Positions 18,943-29,765 of a stretch of DNA of 64,000 nucleotides are shown in pieces. Each line of letters begins with the position of its first letter. Position 1 is the stretch's first letter. This DNA is from a virus. Under the pieces are notes generated by a model, which saw only the letters and a list, made by a program, of their open reading frames with translations, was not told the origin of the DNA and did not search any database. The position numbers and the translations under genes are program-made. The stretch lies in the IMG/VR virus record IMGVR_UViG_3300044811_000054, positions 12,407 to 76,406 of that record; one strand, 5' to 3'.

Positions 18943-18986
18943 GGCTTGGCATTGAGTAGCGGGACGTCGATCGGAAGTGGCTGGTC
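18415..18986 (-). repeat. Recoded duplication of a gene 3' end flanking the LAGLIDADG gene
   Basis: DQPLPIDVPLLN encoded at both 18986-18939 and 18459-18415 with synonymous differences; identical 14-nt core GGGACGTCGATCGG. Confidence 0.9.
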
Positions 18987-19463
18987 CGACCAGATGTAGT
19001 CAAGATTGGTGGTCACCATCGCGCCGTCAGTGCAGAAGAAGAAGATCCCCGACTCGTTGGCGCCGTACGAGCCGTCGTCCCCGGGCGCGTTCACGACGGA
19101 CTGGCCGTAGGAGCCGTGGTCCAACTCGAACTGATCCGTGGTCATCTGGGATTGGGTGGAGGACACCTTTCCCTTGGCCGTGTAATAGCCGATGATCTTC
19201 CCGAAGGACATGACGTACACGTAGCCGATGGCGTTCGGTTTGTTGGTTCGCAGCAGCCGCTCACGGACGTTGCGCCGCTCCAGCGAGTCCCGGAGCTGGT
19301 CGGCCGGGTACGGCACCGCGGCGGCCTGCTGGGCGTACGCCTGCTCGGTCTGCTTCTGCCCGCTGGACTGTGCGTTCGACTTGTCGTCGTTGCAGCCACT
19401 CAAACCTGCGACGACTAGCGCGGCGGTGACGGCGAGCGCGATGGTGCGGTTGTGGGTAATCAC
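18939..19463 (-). CDS. Lipoprotein
   Basis: Signal peptide and lipobox LSGC. Confidence 0.8.
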   Translation of the reverse strand: MITHNRTIALAVTAALVVAGLSGCNDDKSNAQSSGQKQTEQAYAQQAAAVPYPADQLRDSLERRNVRERLLRTNKPNAIGYVYVMSFGKIIGYYTAKGKVSSTQSQMTTDQFELDHGSYGQSVVNAPGDDGSYGANESGIFFFCTDGAMVTTNLDYIWSDQPLPIDVPLLNAKP

Positions 19464-19948
19464 TTGATGGTCTCCTTGCAGTTGGTTGCCGGGTCGAGCA
19501 CGTCGACCTGGTACGGCAGGTTCGGGTCGCGCCATTTCGCCTGCGTCGCCTTGTTGGCGTCGGCGTTGTACTGGTTGCGGGCGTCGAGGCACTGCTTGAC
19601 CAGGCCGGAATAGTTGGTGGCGAAGAACCGGTCGCCGGGGTTGTCTTTCTTATCCGCAGCGGCCTGGTCAAGTTGCTGGTCGTAGGCCTTGACCTGGTTG
19701 AACAAGGTTTCGAAATGTTCTTGCGCGGCAATCCGATTGTTCCCGGAATTGACCTGCCTGGTCTGGTCACCGGCACCCTTGACGCCCGAGGTGGCAACCT
19801 TCACGCCCCAGATGACGCCTGCGATCAGAGCGACAACTGCGACGACGATGAGGATCCAGGCCAGTACCGATGGTCCGGCACGACGCCCGGCATAGTTGAC
19901 GTCGCGGATGTCCTGCCGCAGCCGGTCGCGGTCTAGGTTATTGGGCAC
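19460..19948 (-). CDS. Membrane-anchored protein
   Basis: Single hydrophobic helix followed by helical domain; coupled to the lipoprotein gene. Confidence 0.75.
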   Translation of the reverse strand: MPNNLDRDRLRQDIRDVNYAGRRAGPSVLAWILIVVAVVALIAGVIWGVKVATSGVKGAGDQTRQVNSGNNRIAAQEHFETLFNQVKAYDQQLDQAAADKKDNPGDRFFATNYSGLVKQCLDARNQYNADANKATQAKWRDPNLPYQVDVLDPATNCKETIK

Positions 19949-19974
19949 TTGTGCTCCTTCGGTTGGTGCGCCGA

Positions 19975-20790
19975 TCAGGACGCGAGTTGTTCTTGCCGCT
20001 TGGCGATGCGGCGACGGGCACGGGTGACGGTCTGGTGATGCACGCCCACCAAGGCGGCGATGGTGGAGTCGTTGTGGACATGGCCGGCGCGGGCGAGTTC
20101 GGCTTCCACCCGCAGCTGCTGACTCCGGCGGGGCGTCAACTCGCCGGCGAGCATCTGCCGGGCGCCCGCATAGTTGATGCCGAGCCGGTTCGAAACCACC
20201 GACAGCGGCTCACCCTGATGCACGCCCAGACGCAGCGCCTCGACCTCCTCCGCCTCGGTCAGGCGAAGCCTTTCGCCCTTGACCGCGCGGGCGACCGCGA
20301 CCTCGTCGACGGCGTCGTCCAGGGCCGCGCCGAGGTCCGGTCCTGCGCCCGGATTATCAATCGTCTCGTCGTCCCAGGCCGCGAGTGGCGCCCATCCGTG
20401 GCGGAGCGCGTTACGTCGCGCACAGGTGGCAGCGAAGCCCTGCGGCGGGACGTCCAGGCGTACCCGGGTGACGGCCTTACGTAGCCTCTCGTCGCGGCTG
20501 AGCAGGACCGTCCGCTTGCGTCCCGACTGCAACTCACGGACCAGGCGTTCCCCGATCCCGGACATCTCCACGATCTGCTCGGCGGTGTAGCCGTGGCGGG
20601 CGAGCCCTTGGCAGATCCTGGTCGCGGCGGTCGCCTCGACGACCCGGCGCACACCCTGATGCTTGGCCCGCCGGTAGGCGGAGTAGTCGACTCTGGTGTC
20701 GAAGCAGGTGCAGCCGTAGTTGACCGCCATCCAGTACTTGCCGTGCTTGGATGCAGGGCAGGCCGAGCGGTCGATCGCGGGGGCGCTCAT
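19975..20790 (-). CDS. Multi-HTH hypothetical protein
   Basis: GCTC motif, several HTH-like segments, GWAPLAAWDDETID motif. Confidence 0.6.
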   Translation of the reverse strand: MSAPAIDRSACPASKHGKYWMAVNYGCTCFDTRVDYSAYRRAKHQGVRRVVEATAATRICQGLARHGYTAEQIVEMSGIGERLVRELQSGRKRTVLLSRDERLRKAVTRVRLDVPPQGFAATCARRNALRHGWAPLAAWDDETIDNPGAGPDLGAALDDAVDEVAVARAVKGERLRLTEAEEVEALRLGVHQGEPLSVVSNRLGINYAGARQMLAGELTPRRSQQLRVEAELARAGHVHNDSTIAALVGVHHQTVTRARRRIAKRQEQLAS

Positions 20791-20947
20791 GACGCCTCCC
20801 GCCGGTTCGCAGGACGATGCTGCGGACACCTTGGGCCGCATGGGAACGGGCGGGTGTCGGTCCTGCCGCACGGCGGGCTGAAACCGCCCGGGACGGTGCC
20901 CGAATTGCAGGGGCCGGCGGACTTGCGCAGGGGGATGACGGCGGCGG

Positions 20948-21436
20948 TCACGACGGTTCCTCGATCCGGTAGATCCGGATCACGGCGCCCGGCGCATCCA
21001 GCGCATCCCGATCCTCGCCAGGAAAGACCTTCGCCAGTCGCCCGTACTCGACCACCCGCGCGTCGTCCCTCCAGATGCCCGCGTCAGTCAGCGCATCCTC
21101 GGTCGAGCGGCACAACTTCGACAGGTCGGGCATCCGCATCGGCCACGTCCGGCGCCGCTTCGGTGCCGCCACAGGCTTCGGCACGGTGAACACCATGTCG
21201 ACGACCAGGGGTTCGTCCAGTGGAGCCCAGCGCCCGTTCGCCGACGTCCAGGCATTGCGGGCCAGCAGCGCATCGGCCCGGACCGCATCGCGCCACGGCT
21301 TCACGTGCTTCGAAGACTCGGCGAGGATCGCCTTGCCGCCGCGGATGCCCTTGAACGACTTCGAACCCTGGGGGGCGGGGCTGCCGGCAACAGTGATCCC
21401 GATGACGATCGTGCGGGTCTCGGTCATGGTGGTCAC
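20948..21436 (-). CDS. rusA: RusA-like Holliday junction resolvase
   Basis: GSPAPQGSK, PDLSKLCRSTEDALT, WRDDARVV. Confidence 0.9.
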   Translation of the reverse strand: MTTMTETRTIVIGITVAGSPAPQGSKSFKGIRGGKAILAESSKHVKPWRDAVRADALLARNAWTSANGRWAPLDEPLVVDMVFTVPKPVAAPKRRRTWPMRMPDLSKLCRSTEDALTDAGIWRDDARVVEYGRLAKVFPGEDRDALDAPGAVIRIYRIEEPS

Positions 21437-21891
21437 GTCCGCACCCCGGCAAGCTGCGCCCGAACCTGCTCTTCGACCTCAGCCGGCACCGTCCAGCCGA
21501 TCGGCAGCGAGCCACGGCACGGCACCGGGATGTCCAGTGCCCGGATGTTCGCGAGGACGAGGTGGAAGGCGGGACCGTTGTTGTGGTGTTTCTCGCCCCA
21601 CGGCTGGCAGCACGTCGGGTCGAGTAGCCCGGCCGGTTGTTCTGCCGGGTGGCAGTCGACCAGGTCGGCGACCGCAATGACCGCGCCGGTGGGCAGGTCC
21701 AGGGCGGGCAGGTTCGGGCCGAGCGCCTCCCGGACCCGGGAGTCCCCGTACGCCCACACGTCCACGGCCAGCCCGGCGTGGATGGCGAGCTCGCCGCGGT
21801 AGGCGACCGCCCGACCTCGGTTCTCGGTCGGCTTCGCGCCGACTGCAACGCAACTCGACCAGGGCGCTCGGGTCGTGATTGCGCGCATCAT
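21433..21891 (-). CDS. ASCH domain protein
   Basis: RAIT..PW...GAKPTENR...YRGELAIHAG...GAVIAVADLVDC. Confidence 0.85.
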   Translation of the reverse strand: MMRAITTRAPWSSCVAVGAKPTENRGRAVAYRGELAIHAGLAVDVWAYGDSRVREALGPNLPALDLPTGAVIAVADLVDCHPAEQPAGLLDPTCCQPWGEKHHNNGPAFHLVLANIRALDIPVPCRGSLPIGWTVPAEVEEQVRAQLAGVRT

Positions 21892-22114
21892 GACGCCACC
21901 TCGACGTCCCAGCCGATCGGCCGCTTATCCTCCGGCAGTGCATCGACAGCGCGGACCAGTTCGCGGGCAGCAAGGGCCAGTTGCTCTCCGGCGTACTCGG
22001 CCTCCGCGTCGGCGTGCGGGTCCTCGTCGCGGAAGTAGTGGTTCGCCGCGATCGACCGCAGGGCTACGGACTCGACCTGGCGTTGGGCTTGGTCAACGTC
22101 GTGAACGGACATGG

Positions 22115-22615
22115 TCACGCCTCCTTGATCATCGGATCGGTGGTCAGAACTTGCCCGTCATCGGTCAGAAAGCGGCGCGCACCTCGGTACAGGCAGGGCT
22201 CGGAAGTAGGGATCTGGTGCTCGCGAAGCATCCAGCCGGCGGCGTACGCCTCAGCCGGTCGCGCGTGACACAGGCGGTGATGGCAGTTCCAACACGCCGC
22301 GAGGGCGTTGGACAGCACGTCATGGGCAACCTTGGCCGCGCCCTTGCGCCCGCCGGCACCCGTCTTCTTGCGATGTGCGAACTCCACCGCGAGGCCCTGA
22401 CAGCCCGGCTGGAAGATCTCGCACAGGCCACCCGAGCGGGCCGCCAGTGCGCGACGGACCTTCGTGGGGACAGTGGGCCGACGTCGGTACGCCTTGGACA
22501 CCTGGCGGCGGATCGCCTGCTCACTGTGCAGAGACGACCTCGCCAGCGGGCTGGCGGCGAGCGCCGTCGTGCGCTTCAGTGGAGCCTTGCGATCCGGCAT
22601 CGGTGAGCGGCGCAT
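22115..22615 (-). CDS. HNH-like nuclease
   Basis: RSGGLCE...HRK...SNALAACWNCH. Confidence 0.7.
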   Translation of the reverse strand: MRRSPMPDRKAPLKRTTALAASPLARSSLHSEQAIRRQVSKAYRRRPTVPTKVRRALAARSGGLCEIFQPGCQGLAVEFAHRKKTGAGGRKGAAKVAHDVLSNALAACWNCHHRLCHARPAEAYAAGWMLREHQIPTSEPCLYRGARRFLTDDGQVLTTDPMIKEA

Positions 22616-23013
22616 CAGCGAACCCCGACCACGGAGTAAGTCTGCTGCACGTTCTTCGCCAGGGCGCTGAGTACGACGCTCTGCGAGTTCAGAGTCCGCA
22701 GGTGATCCTGGGCGGCCTCCTTCGTCGCAGCGACCAACTCGTAGTCCTGTCGCTCCTGCGCCGTCGCCTTCTCGATGAACGCGTCCCGGTCCGCGACGGT
22801 GAACCCGCCACGGGACGGCTTCGGGCAGTCGTCGTGGAAGAACGCCCGGCGCTTCGCGTCCTCATAGCAGTGCTTGCAGGCGACCTCGGCGTCGCGGGCC
22901 TGGGCCAGTTCGCGCTGGGCGTCGAGCATCGCCCGTAGTACCCAGCGCAGCGCCTTCTCCGCGTCGACCGGAGTCCACGGCTCGAAGTCGAGCCCACTCC
23001 ACGGGTCGTTCAC
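22615..23013 (-). CDS. Coiled-coil phage protein in the recombination module
   Basis: Helical ORF coupled to the upstream gene. Confidence 0.55.
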   Translation of the reverse strand: MNDPWSGLDFEPWTPVDAEKALRWVLRAMLDAQRELAQARDAEVACKHCYEDAKRRAFFHDDCPKPSRGGFTVADRDAFIEKATAQERQDYELVAATKEAAQDHLRTLNSQSVVLSALAKNVQQTYSVVGVR

Positions 23014-24191
23014 GCCGCCACTCCACTCTTGACGGCCTCGAGGAACCGGGTCAGTTCGAAACCGTCCGCCTCGTCCGACGACTTGTTGAGGAAGCTCTGC
23101 ACCCGCTTCTCCAGGGCGTCGGCGGACCACTTCTTGCCGCCGGCCTCAACCTGGATCAGTGCCCATACCTGATCGGCATTCGGTGCGACCTCGGCGTCGA
23201 CCACGTCATCGACAGGCGCGGTCGGTGTGAGGGCCGGCTGCGTGGCCGGAGTCTGCTCGGCGGTCTTCGCCTTGGCCCGGATTTCGGCGGTGCGCCCGGT
23301 CAAGGCGGCCTTCACCTCGTCAGTGAGGGCTCCGTCCTTCTTGGCGTCGGTCCACAACCCGCGGGTGTCGTCGATCCCCTCGGCGGACGCGGCGAGTTCG
23401 AGGTACTCCTCAGCCGTGAACTTGCGCCGGGAAGACTCAACCTTGGCCGCTTCGATCGCCGCGCGTTGCTGCTCGGCGGCCCCCAGAGCAGCCAGGGCGG
23501 CAGCGCCGATCTGGCCACCGAACGCGCGCGCCGGGGTCAGCCAGTCGAAGTGCAGAACAGGGACCATGAACACGCTTGAGGCGACCTGCTCGCCGTCATC
23601 CTTCGACGGGTCGAACGTCTTCTTCTCGCGCTTCTGCACCTCGAGCCGGGCCGGGATCGGCTGCGGCGCCGACTCGATCGACGCGGCCAGCGTGGGCAGC
23701 TCCGCGGCGGCGTTCCAGCCGTGCGACTCGAGCTTGAAGGTGCCCATCGACGGCACGTCAGCCAGCATCAGCGACATGCGAGTGGTGGGCTTGCACAGGT
23801 CGGTCGCTTTGAACCGTGCACCCGCCAACTTCATCGCTTCGCACAGGCACGGCTTGTCGCGGATGGTCTCCGTCTCGCCGTCGCACATCCGGTCACGGAA
23901 GCCGTTGCCCCAATGCTCGAGGTTCGGGTCGATGCGCTGCGGCGGCACCAGCACCGGGATCTCCTTGACGCCGGAGATGACCTCCCACTGCGGGCCGGTC
24001 GGAGAGGTCCACGGCTTGACCGAGCCGCCGTACAGGCCGGCGACGGCCTCGATCAGCGGCTTCGACGCCGACGTGAAGCGCAGGGTTTCCAGCTTGGCGG
24101 GATAGTTCTTGCCGTTCTTGCTGACGAGTTGCTGGCCGAGCCGGATGACGCCGACCTGGGTGAGCCTCTTCTGCAAGTCCTTGATGGCCAT
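23010..24191 (-). CDS. Gp3-like (recombination directionality factor-like) protein, possible annealase
   Basis: IRLG...PAKLETLRFTS, CDG, CKPTTR, GTFKLESHGWNAA.EL; adjacent to an exonuclease. Confidence 0.7.
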   Translation of the reverse strand: MAIKDLQKRLTQVGVIRLGQQLVSKNGKNYPAKLETLRFTSASKPLIEAVAGLYGGSVKPWTSPTGPQWEVISGVKEIPVLVPPQRIDPNLEHWGNGFRDRMCDGETETIRDKPCLCEAMKLAGARFKATDLCKPTTRMSLMLADVPSMGTFKLESHGWNAAAELPTLAASIESAPQPIPARLEVQKREKKTFDPSKDDGEQVASSVFMVPVLHFDWLTPARAFGGQIGAAALAALGAAEQQRAAIEAAKVESSRRKFTAEEYLELAASAEGIDDTRGLWTDAKKDGALTDEVKAALTGRTAEIRAKAKTAEQTPATQPALTPTAPVDDVVDAEVAPNADQVWALIQVEAGGKKWSADALEKRVQSFLNKSSDEADGFELTRFLEAVKSGVAA

Positions 24192-24201
24192 GGGTCGCTC
24201 C

Positions 24202-25275
24202 TCAGGCTGCGGGTGTTGTGGTGGGGGACTGCTCGGCGGCGGTTTTCTCCTTCGCGGCCTTGCGGGCGCGGTTGGCCACCGTCTCGGGCAGCACGAAGGT
24301 GTGGCTGGAGACTGCGGCGGAACCGGACTCGGTCAGCCACCGGTACAGGCCCAGCGCGTGCAGGAAGCCGTTGCGGTAGGTGGGCTCGTCGCAGACGACC
24401 AGGCGCGGTGTGACACCGTCCGGGCGCAGTTGGACGATCAGCCCGCCGTCGGTGGCCTGCACCGGTTCTTCGTGGTCGGTGTTCTTGACGCGTACGACGG
24501 GGAAGTGCCGGTAGCCGGCGAGTTGGAGCGCGTACTCGGGGTAAAACTGCGGGTCGTCGCCCTCGCGCGTCTTCCAATCCACCATCAGGTCGGCGGTCAG
24601 TTTGGACTTCTGCGCGCGCTTCCACGTGACCGGCTTGCCCTGCCAGGTCAGCAGTCGAGAGATCAGCTTCGAAGCGGCATCCGAACGCTCAGCGTGGAAC
24701 CGGATGATCCCGTCGGTGGTGCCCGCCGCGCCGATCTCGCGGTGGATCAGCAGCGCCTCGGCCAGCAGGACATCGCCGGGGGTGACCGCATACTCCTCGG
24801 CGAACACCTGGAACGCCTTCACGTACGGGACGATGTCCTCGTCGTGAGGCTTGAACTCGCCGTGGAACGACCACCACTCGATGACGTCGTGAACCCGGGT
24901 GCCCTCGTCGGCGCGGCGGGCGGTCTCCCGTTCGTGACGACGGGCGATCCAGTACTGGATGCAGGCTTGGCAATCTCGGCAGGGGCAGCGGTCACACGAC
25001 TCGGCACCCTCGTGGCGGCAACGGCTGTAGGTGTTCTCGCACGGCTTCTTGCGGGATGCCACCACCAGTGTCGGCAGCTCCAGAAACGCCAACTCGGCGG
25101 CGAGGTTGCCGGCCCAGATGACCAGGCCCCGCTTGCCGAGCGCGTTCAGCGCAGTCGTCACGGACATGAGCCGTTGGCCGTCGATGATGTACCAGCGGCC
25201 ATCGTCGGATTCCTCGACGGAGTGGAACGGGAACTCGCGGCGGATCATGTCCTCGGCGCCCTCGACGATCGGCAT
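24202..25275 (-). CDS. PD-(D/E)XK (Cas4/RecB-like) exonuclease
   Basis: SVTT, GT.VH, AGTTD, VDWKT, LQLAGY. Confidence 0.85.
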   Translation of the reverse strand: MPIVEGAEDMIRREFPFHSVEESDDGRWYIIDGQRLMSVTTALNALGKRGLVIWAGNLAAELAFLELPTLVVASRKKPCENTYSRCRHEGAESCDRCPCRDCQACIQYWIARRHERETARRADEGTRVHDVIEWWSFHGEFKPHDEDIVPYVKAFQVFAEEYAVTPGDVLLAEALLIHREIGAAGTTDGIIRFHAERSDAASKLISRLLTWQGKPVTWKRAQKSKLTADLMVDWKTREGDDPQFYPEYALQLAGYRHFPVVRVKNTDHEEPVQATDGGLIVQLRPDGVTPRLVVCDEPTYRNGFLHALGLYRWLTESGSAAVSSHTFVLPETVANRARKAAKEKTAAEQSPTTTPAA

Positions 25276-25435
25276 CAGGCGTCCACCAGCCGCTTCCACA
25301 ACGTCTCCTCGGCCACGGAGCACGGCACACACTCGGGAAGTTCCGACTTGGTGCCACAGATCAGGCAGCGCGGGATGGCGTGCGGCCGGTCGTCGAGGCG
25401 GGCCGGGGCGTCCTGGGCGGTGGTCGTGGGGGCGG

Positions 25436-27444
25436 TCATTCGGCATCATCCGTGTCCGGCGCCACGACGCCGATCACCGGGATGTTCGGGTAGTTCATCG
25501 CCAACTCCTCGAGCGGGTCGATGACCGTGTGATCGCCATCGGCCAATGCGGCGACCTCGCGGTACTCACCGAACCGGGCGACCTGCTCCGCCAGCCAGTC
25601 GGCGATGGCGATCTCCAGCTGCTCGCGCGGCCCGTCGCCGAAGTCCGGGACCTCGATGCCGGCCAAATCCGGATGCTGGGCGAGCAGGTGCGGCTGGCAC
25701 TCGTCCATGGCCCGGGGCAACTGGTGGGTCATCAGGTTGTCGCCGGTCATCCAGTTGAGGACGTCGTACACGGCTTCCATGTGCCGCAGGGAGACGAGAC
25801 GACCAGTGGTGATGGTGAGGACGTCGCCGAGGTGGAATCGCTTGGTGGTCATGGCTTCTCCCATTTCTCGCAGTGGACGATCGGGCCGGGCTTGATCTCG
25901 GCGCCGTCACCGCCGCATTCCGGACACTCGGTGACGCCCAGGCCGGGAGTTGTGCCCCAGCCCTTGCAGGCCGCGCACTGGGGGCGTCCGGTGAGGTCGA
26001 CGCCGACGGCGCAGCCTTCACCGCCCATCAGCCCGACGTCGGGCTCGCCGGGGTCCTGCTCGAAGTGCTTGCACGTCTTGCAGCCGCGCACCTCGGGGTT
26101 GAACCAGCAGCGGGCCATGTGCTCGCGGGCACGGACAGGTCGGGCGGCGGTCCGGGGGCAGAAGGGGCACTTGTGGCGGGTCACCGTCACCGCGATGGGC
26201 TGGGCGGTCATGATGTACCGCCCGAGTAGTCGACGTCCCGGACTGCCGGCTCCGTCCGGTGCTGCCGGGCGACCACAACCTCGGGACTGCACCAGCAGGA
26301 GGTGTCATCGCCGACCTCGTGCGGGCGGCAGTCCCCGAAACCACCGTCGTGGATGACGAGGGTCCGCTGCTCGTCGGTGATCTCGCGCCAGTAGGCGAGG
26401 ACTTGATCGCGCGGATTGTCGCTGTCGGCGTGCATCGGAACCGTCGAGGCCGGTTCGCCACTTCGAGGGCAGGGCGCGTAGTGGGTGTGGACGGTGCAGG
26501 CTGGCTCGTCGCCGTTGACGACGGAGATGACGCAGTGCGCGCCGGGCTGCACGACGCTCATGCCGCCGCCGCCGGCTCAACGCTCAGCGCGGCGTCCAGC
26601 GCCTCAACCGACACGAAGGTTTCGATCGACACCGTGCCCCGGTCGCACGCCGGGTCGTCCAGCCAGTTCAGCTCACCCCACGAGTACGGGTAGGTGGAGC
26701 CGTCGCCGACCTTCCACCACTCGCCGTCCTCGCGGGGTGCGAGACCGCGAGCGGCCAGCTCCTCGTCGTAGGCATCCGAGCGGACGTACACGCGTTCCGT
26801 CGCGGGGATGTCCTGCCAGCCACCGGAAGTCGTGACGATGGCTAGGGTGCCGTCGGCGGTGGCGCTGCTCCAGTGCTGGCTGGCACCGGAGGCCAGGGCG
26901 CTGACCCGGTCGACGATGGCGCGGAGGAGGGCGTTCTCGGCGAGGAGGGCGGCGATGGCGGGGGTGGTCATGCCGACGCCTCGTTACGGGTCTTCTTGCG
27001 ACTCTTGATCGCCTCTTCGACCGTGATCAGGTCGTCCGGCATGAACACCAACAACTCGGCTGCGGTGTAACGGTCCTTGTCGTACGCCTCGGCAACCTTC
27101 GCCGCGTTCTTGCCTCGGATGCCGAGCCACATCAGCACGTCGGTGCGGTTGGCCCGCCGAGCGGTCACGCGCTGGCCGCCGCCGATCTTCCAGACGGAAT
27201 CCAGGGCTGCGATCTCGCCGGTCAGCAGGTCCATCTGCCGCGAGTCCGCCCGCTTGGTGTGGCGCTTGTCGGCAACCCGGGTCAACTGATTGGCGAACTC
27301 GTCCAGCAACTCCCCGTTGACGGACTCGGACGCCAGTTCGGCGCGGATCTCGTCGCGGACATCGTTGATGTCGAACCGGTCGGGCTGGTCGGCGAAGCGC
27401 CCGTAGACAGCGTCGGCGATCTTGTTGAAGCGGTCGTTGCTCAC
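25436..27444 (-). other. Five small hypothetical genes
   Basis: Coupled ORFs ending at 25436, 25849, 26208, 26558, 26968. Confidence 0.7.
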
Positions 27445-28292
27445 AGGGTGACCCCGTTCTCGTCAAGGTGGTCGGCAAGGGCGTAGAGGTGGTCGCCGAG
27501 TTTGCGGAGGCCCTCAGAGGTGAAGGCGTCACGCACCCGGGGGAGGTCCCGATTGGCGAAGGCGTTAGGTCGCCAGCGATTCGCCACCCACCGGACCGGG
27601 TCCGGGTCGAGCGCGAGGAACAGGGCGGCGAGAGACTCGCCCACCTTCTGCGAGCTACGGATGGCGGCGTCCTCGTCGGCGATCGACGGTTCCGGCGCAC
27701 GGCTCGATTCGAACGGCGGACGCGCCGGGCTTACCGGGATCGGCAGAGTCGACTCGACGTCGTCCTGCTCGTCGTCGCGGCCGTCATCGCAGTCCGGCGT
27801 GAAATCAGGTGCGGGGACAAGCGGTAACGGCTTGGCGGGAGGTTCAACCGGATCGGCGGCCGGCACGGGGGATGACTTCGGCGACGGTACGGTCGGCTTG
27901 GGCTGAGCGGCGGGCCTATCTTTTCCGTCCAGGGTTTTGATCCGCTCGGGCAAGTCCTCTTGAGTCATTTGACTCAAGTGCCGGATGTCCCGGGCGACGG
28001 TCGCCTGGGACAGGTTCACGGCGGCGGCGATGGCCCGGGAAGACATGCCAGCCATGCGAAGCTCGGAGATCGCCTTGTCGCGGTGCTCCGCGGGTACGCG
28101 CAGGCGAGTCTCCGAGAACTCGCCATCCAGATATGTGTCCCAGTCTTCGTAGCCAAGGGTGACCCAGTCCCTGCGATCCCAGGCAGATCGGATGTCCGCC
28201 AGGGTGGCCAGATAGGACACGATGCCCAGCCGGATGCGGGCTGCCCGCTCCTTGGCCTCACGAACGTCGGACTGAGGAAGCAGGTCGGTCAT
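27441..28292 (-). CDS. HTH DNA-binding protein
   Basis: W..LGY.DW..Y, GMSSRAIAAAVNLSQATVARD, LDGK. Confidence 0.75.
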   Translation of the reverse strand: MTDLLPQSDVREAKERAARIRLGIVSYLATLADIRSAWDRRDWVTLGYEDWDTYLDGEFSETRLRVPAEHRDKAISELRMAGMSSRAIAAAVNLSQATVARDIRHLSQMTQEDLPERIKTLDGKDRPAAQPKPTVPSPKSSPVPAADPVEPPAKPLPLVPAPDFTPDCDDGRDDEQDDVESTLPIPVSPARPPFESSRAPEPSIADEDAAIRSSQKVGESLAALFLALDPDPVRWVANRWRPNAFANRDLPRVRDAFTSEGLRKLGDHLYALADHLDENGVTL

Positions 28293-28359
28293 CGCGTGGT
28301 CCCCTGAAGGGAAGTCAACGAGAATATGCGCTTCATTGCTCTCCAGTTCGAGAGTTGAT

Positions 28360-28435
28360 GTTGCAACAGCAGGTTGCAACTCTGGACATCACGCTAGCAG
28401 GGCCGGTGACAGGTTGCAACATCGTGGTGCATACT
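28360..28435. promoter_or_regulatory. GTTGCAAC palindromic operators x3 and -10 element
   Basis: Copies at 28360, 28373, 28413; CATACT 7 nt before ATG 28443. Confidence 0.65.
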
Positions 28436-28442
28436 CATCCGC

Positions 28443-28685
28443 ATGACAGACGACGCCGCCGAAGCGGCCCTTGACCGCCTCAGGAAGGCGTCCGCCCGAG
28501 TCCGAAAGCACGAGGCCGAACGCAAAGAGCTGGCCGAGGCGATCGTCGTTGCACGCCTCGCTGGCATCCGCCCGCGCGACATCGAAGAGATCGCCCCGTA
28601 CGACCGGAACCACATCGGCCGCATCGTCAAAGCCGCCGGCGTCCCGCCACTGAAGGGGCCAAAAGCCCAACGCGGCGATGCCTGA
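28443..28685 (+). CDS. Small HTH repressor, probably leaderless
   Basis: AGIRPRDIEEIAPYDRNHIGRIV; divergent. Confidence 0.7.
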   Translation: MTDDAAEAALDRLRKASARVRKHEAERKELAEAIVVARLAGIRPRDIEEIAPYDRNHIGRIVKAAGVPPLKGPKAQRGDA

Positions 28686-29183
28686 CCCGCTCACCCGCCC
28701 TCGCCCCGCAACCACCGTGCCCGCGCCCGTGCCCGCACCCGCGCAATCGCCGCCTGCCGTCGACGACCGCGCTCCGCAGCGCCTGCCGAGTCCGCCGCGT
28801 CCCGCTCTGCCTGCAACCGGATCGCGGCCTTCATCATCTCGACCAGCGCAGCCCTGCCCTTCTCGGACAGGTCAGGGGAGACGCGGGCGTGGCCCAGGAC
28901 GGTCCCGTCGGAGTCGACGACGGTCTCGCAGCGGTGGTCGTCGAGGCTCACGGCTTCCCCGCCTGCAGTGCGTCCTGCGCAGCCCGTACCGCCACTAGCG
29001 CCGCGCACCGCCGGCACTCAGGTAGCGCCTCAACCGTCTCGTACTCGATCTGCGAACCGGTGCCGCACCAGCCGTCAGGGTCGAACCAGTGCGGGCTGAC
29101 ACCGCACACGGCCGCGTGCCACGTCAGGTCCCGCAGCGCGTGCTTCGCCTTGCCACGAGGCAGATACCGCCACTCGTAGGCGT

Positions 29184-29558
29184 TCACGACCGTCCCGCCT
29201 TGCTGCGCTTGCCCGAATACCAAGGCAGCGCGAGGCCGTCGTCGACAGCTCGAGGAACCAGGTGGACGTGCAGGTGAAAAACGCTCTGCGTGGCGGCCAC
29301 ACCGGCCGAGGTGATGATGTTGAAGTCGCCGGGCATGAGCACGGAGGCCAGCGATGCGGCGGCGTGCATGGTGACTGCGGTGACGTCGGGGTCCTCGGCG
29401 GCGTCCCGTACATGCCTGGTGGGCAGCACCAGCGTGTGGCCCGGCACGACCGGCCCCAGCGGGGTGATCGCCACCGCTTCCGGCCACCTGGCTACGAACG
29501 CCGCGGGGGACTCCCCGCGAATGATCGAGCAGAAGATGCACTCACTCACCGGGATCAC
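29184..29558 (-). CDS. HIT family nucleotide hydrolase
   Basis: CIFC, PGHTLVLP.RH, QSVFHLHVHLVPR triad. Confidence 0.92.
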   Translation of the reverse strand: MIPVSECIFCSIIRGESPAAFVARWPEAVAITPLGPVVPGHTLVLPTRHVRDAAEDPDVTAVTMHAAASLASVLMPGDFNIITSAGVAATQSVFHLHVHLVPRAVDDGLALPWYSGKRSKAGRS

Positions 29559-29765
29559 TCCGCCGTATCAGTCTGATGTGCTGCAGCGCCTCCAGGACCG
29601 GGTCGTAGCCCGGCCCCACCTGACGGCCGGCACCTTCGTCCAGCCAGCGGCCCAACTGCTCCACCCGCCACCGGGTGTGCTCGATCACCGGATCGAGCCG
29701 TTCGTTCGACGGGCGCGAGTCGGGGTCGGCGAAGTGCCGCTGGTAGTGGTTGTTCACGGGGCCTG

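Noticed and set aside
14103-26971. Recurrent EAVA/EAA C-termini as a degron or signal
   Set aside because: Explained by the GGAGG RBS of the next coupled gene
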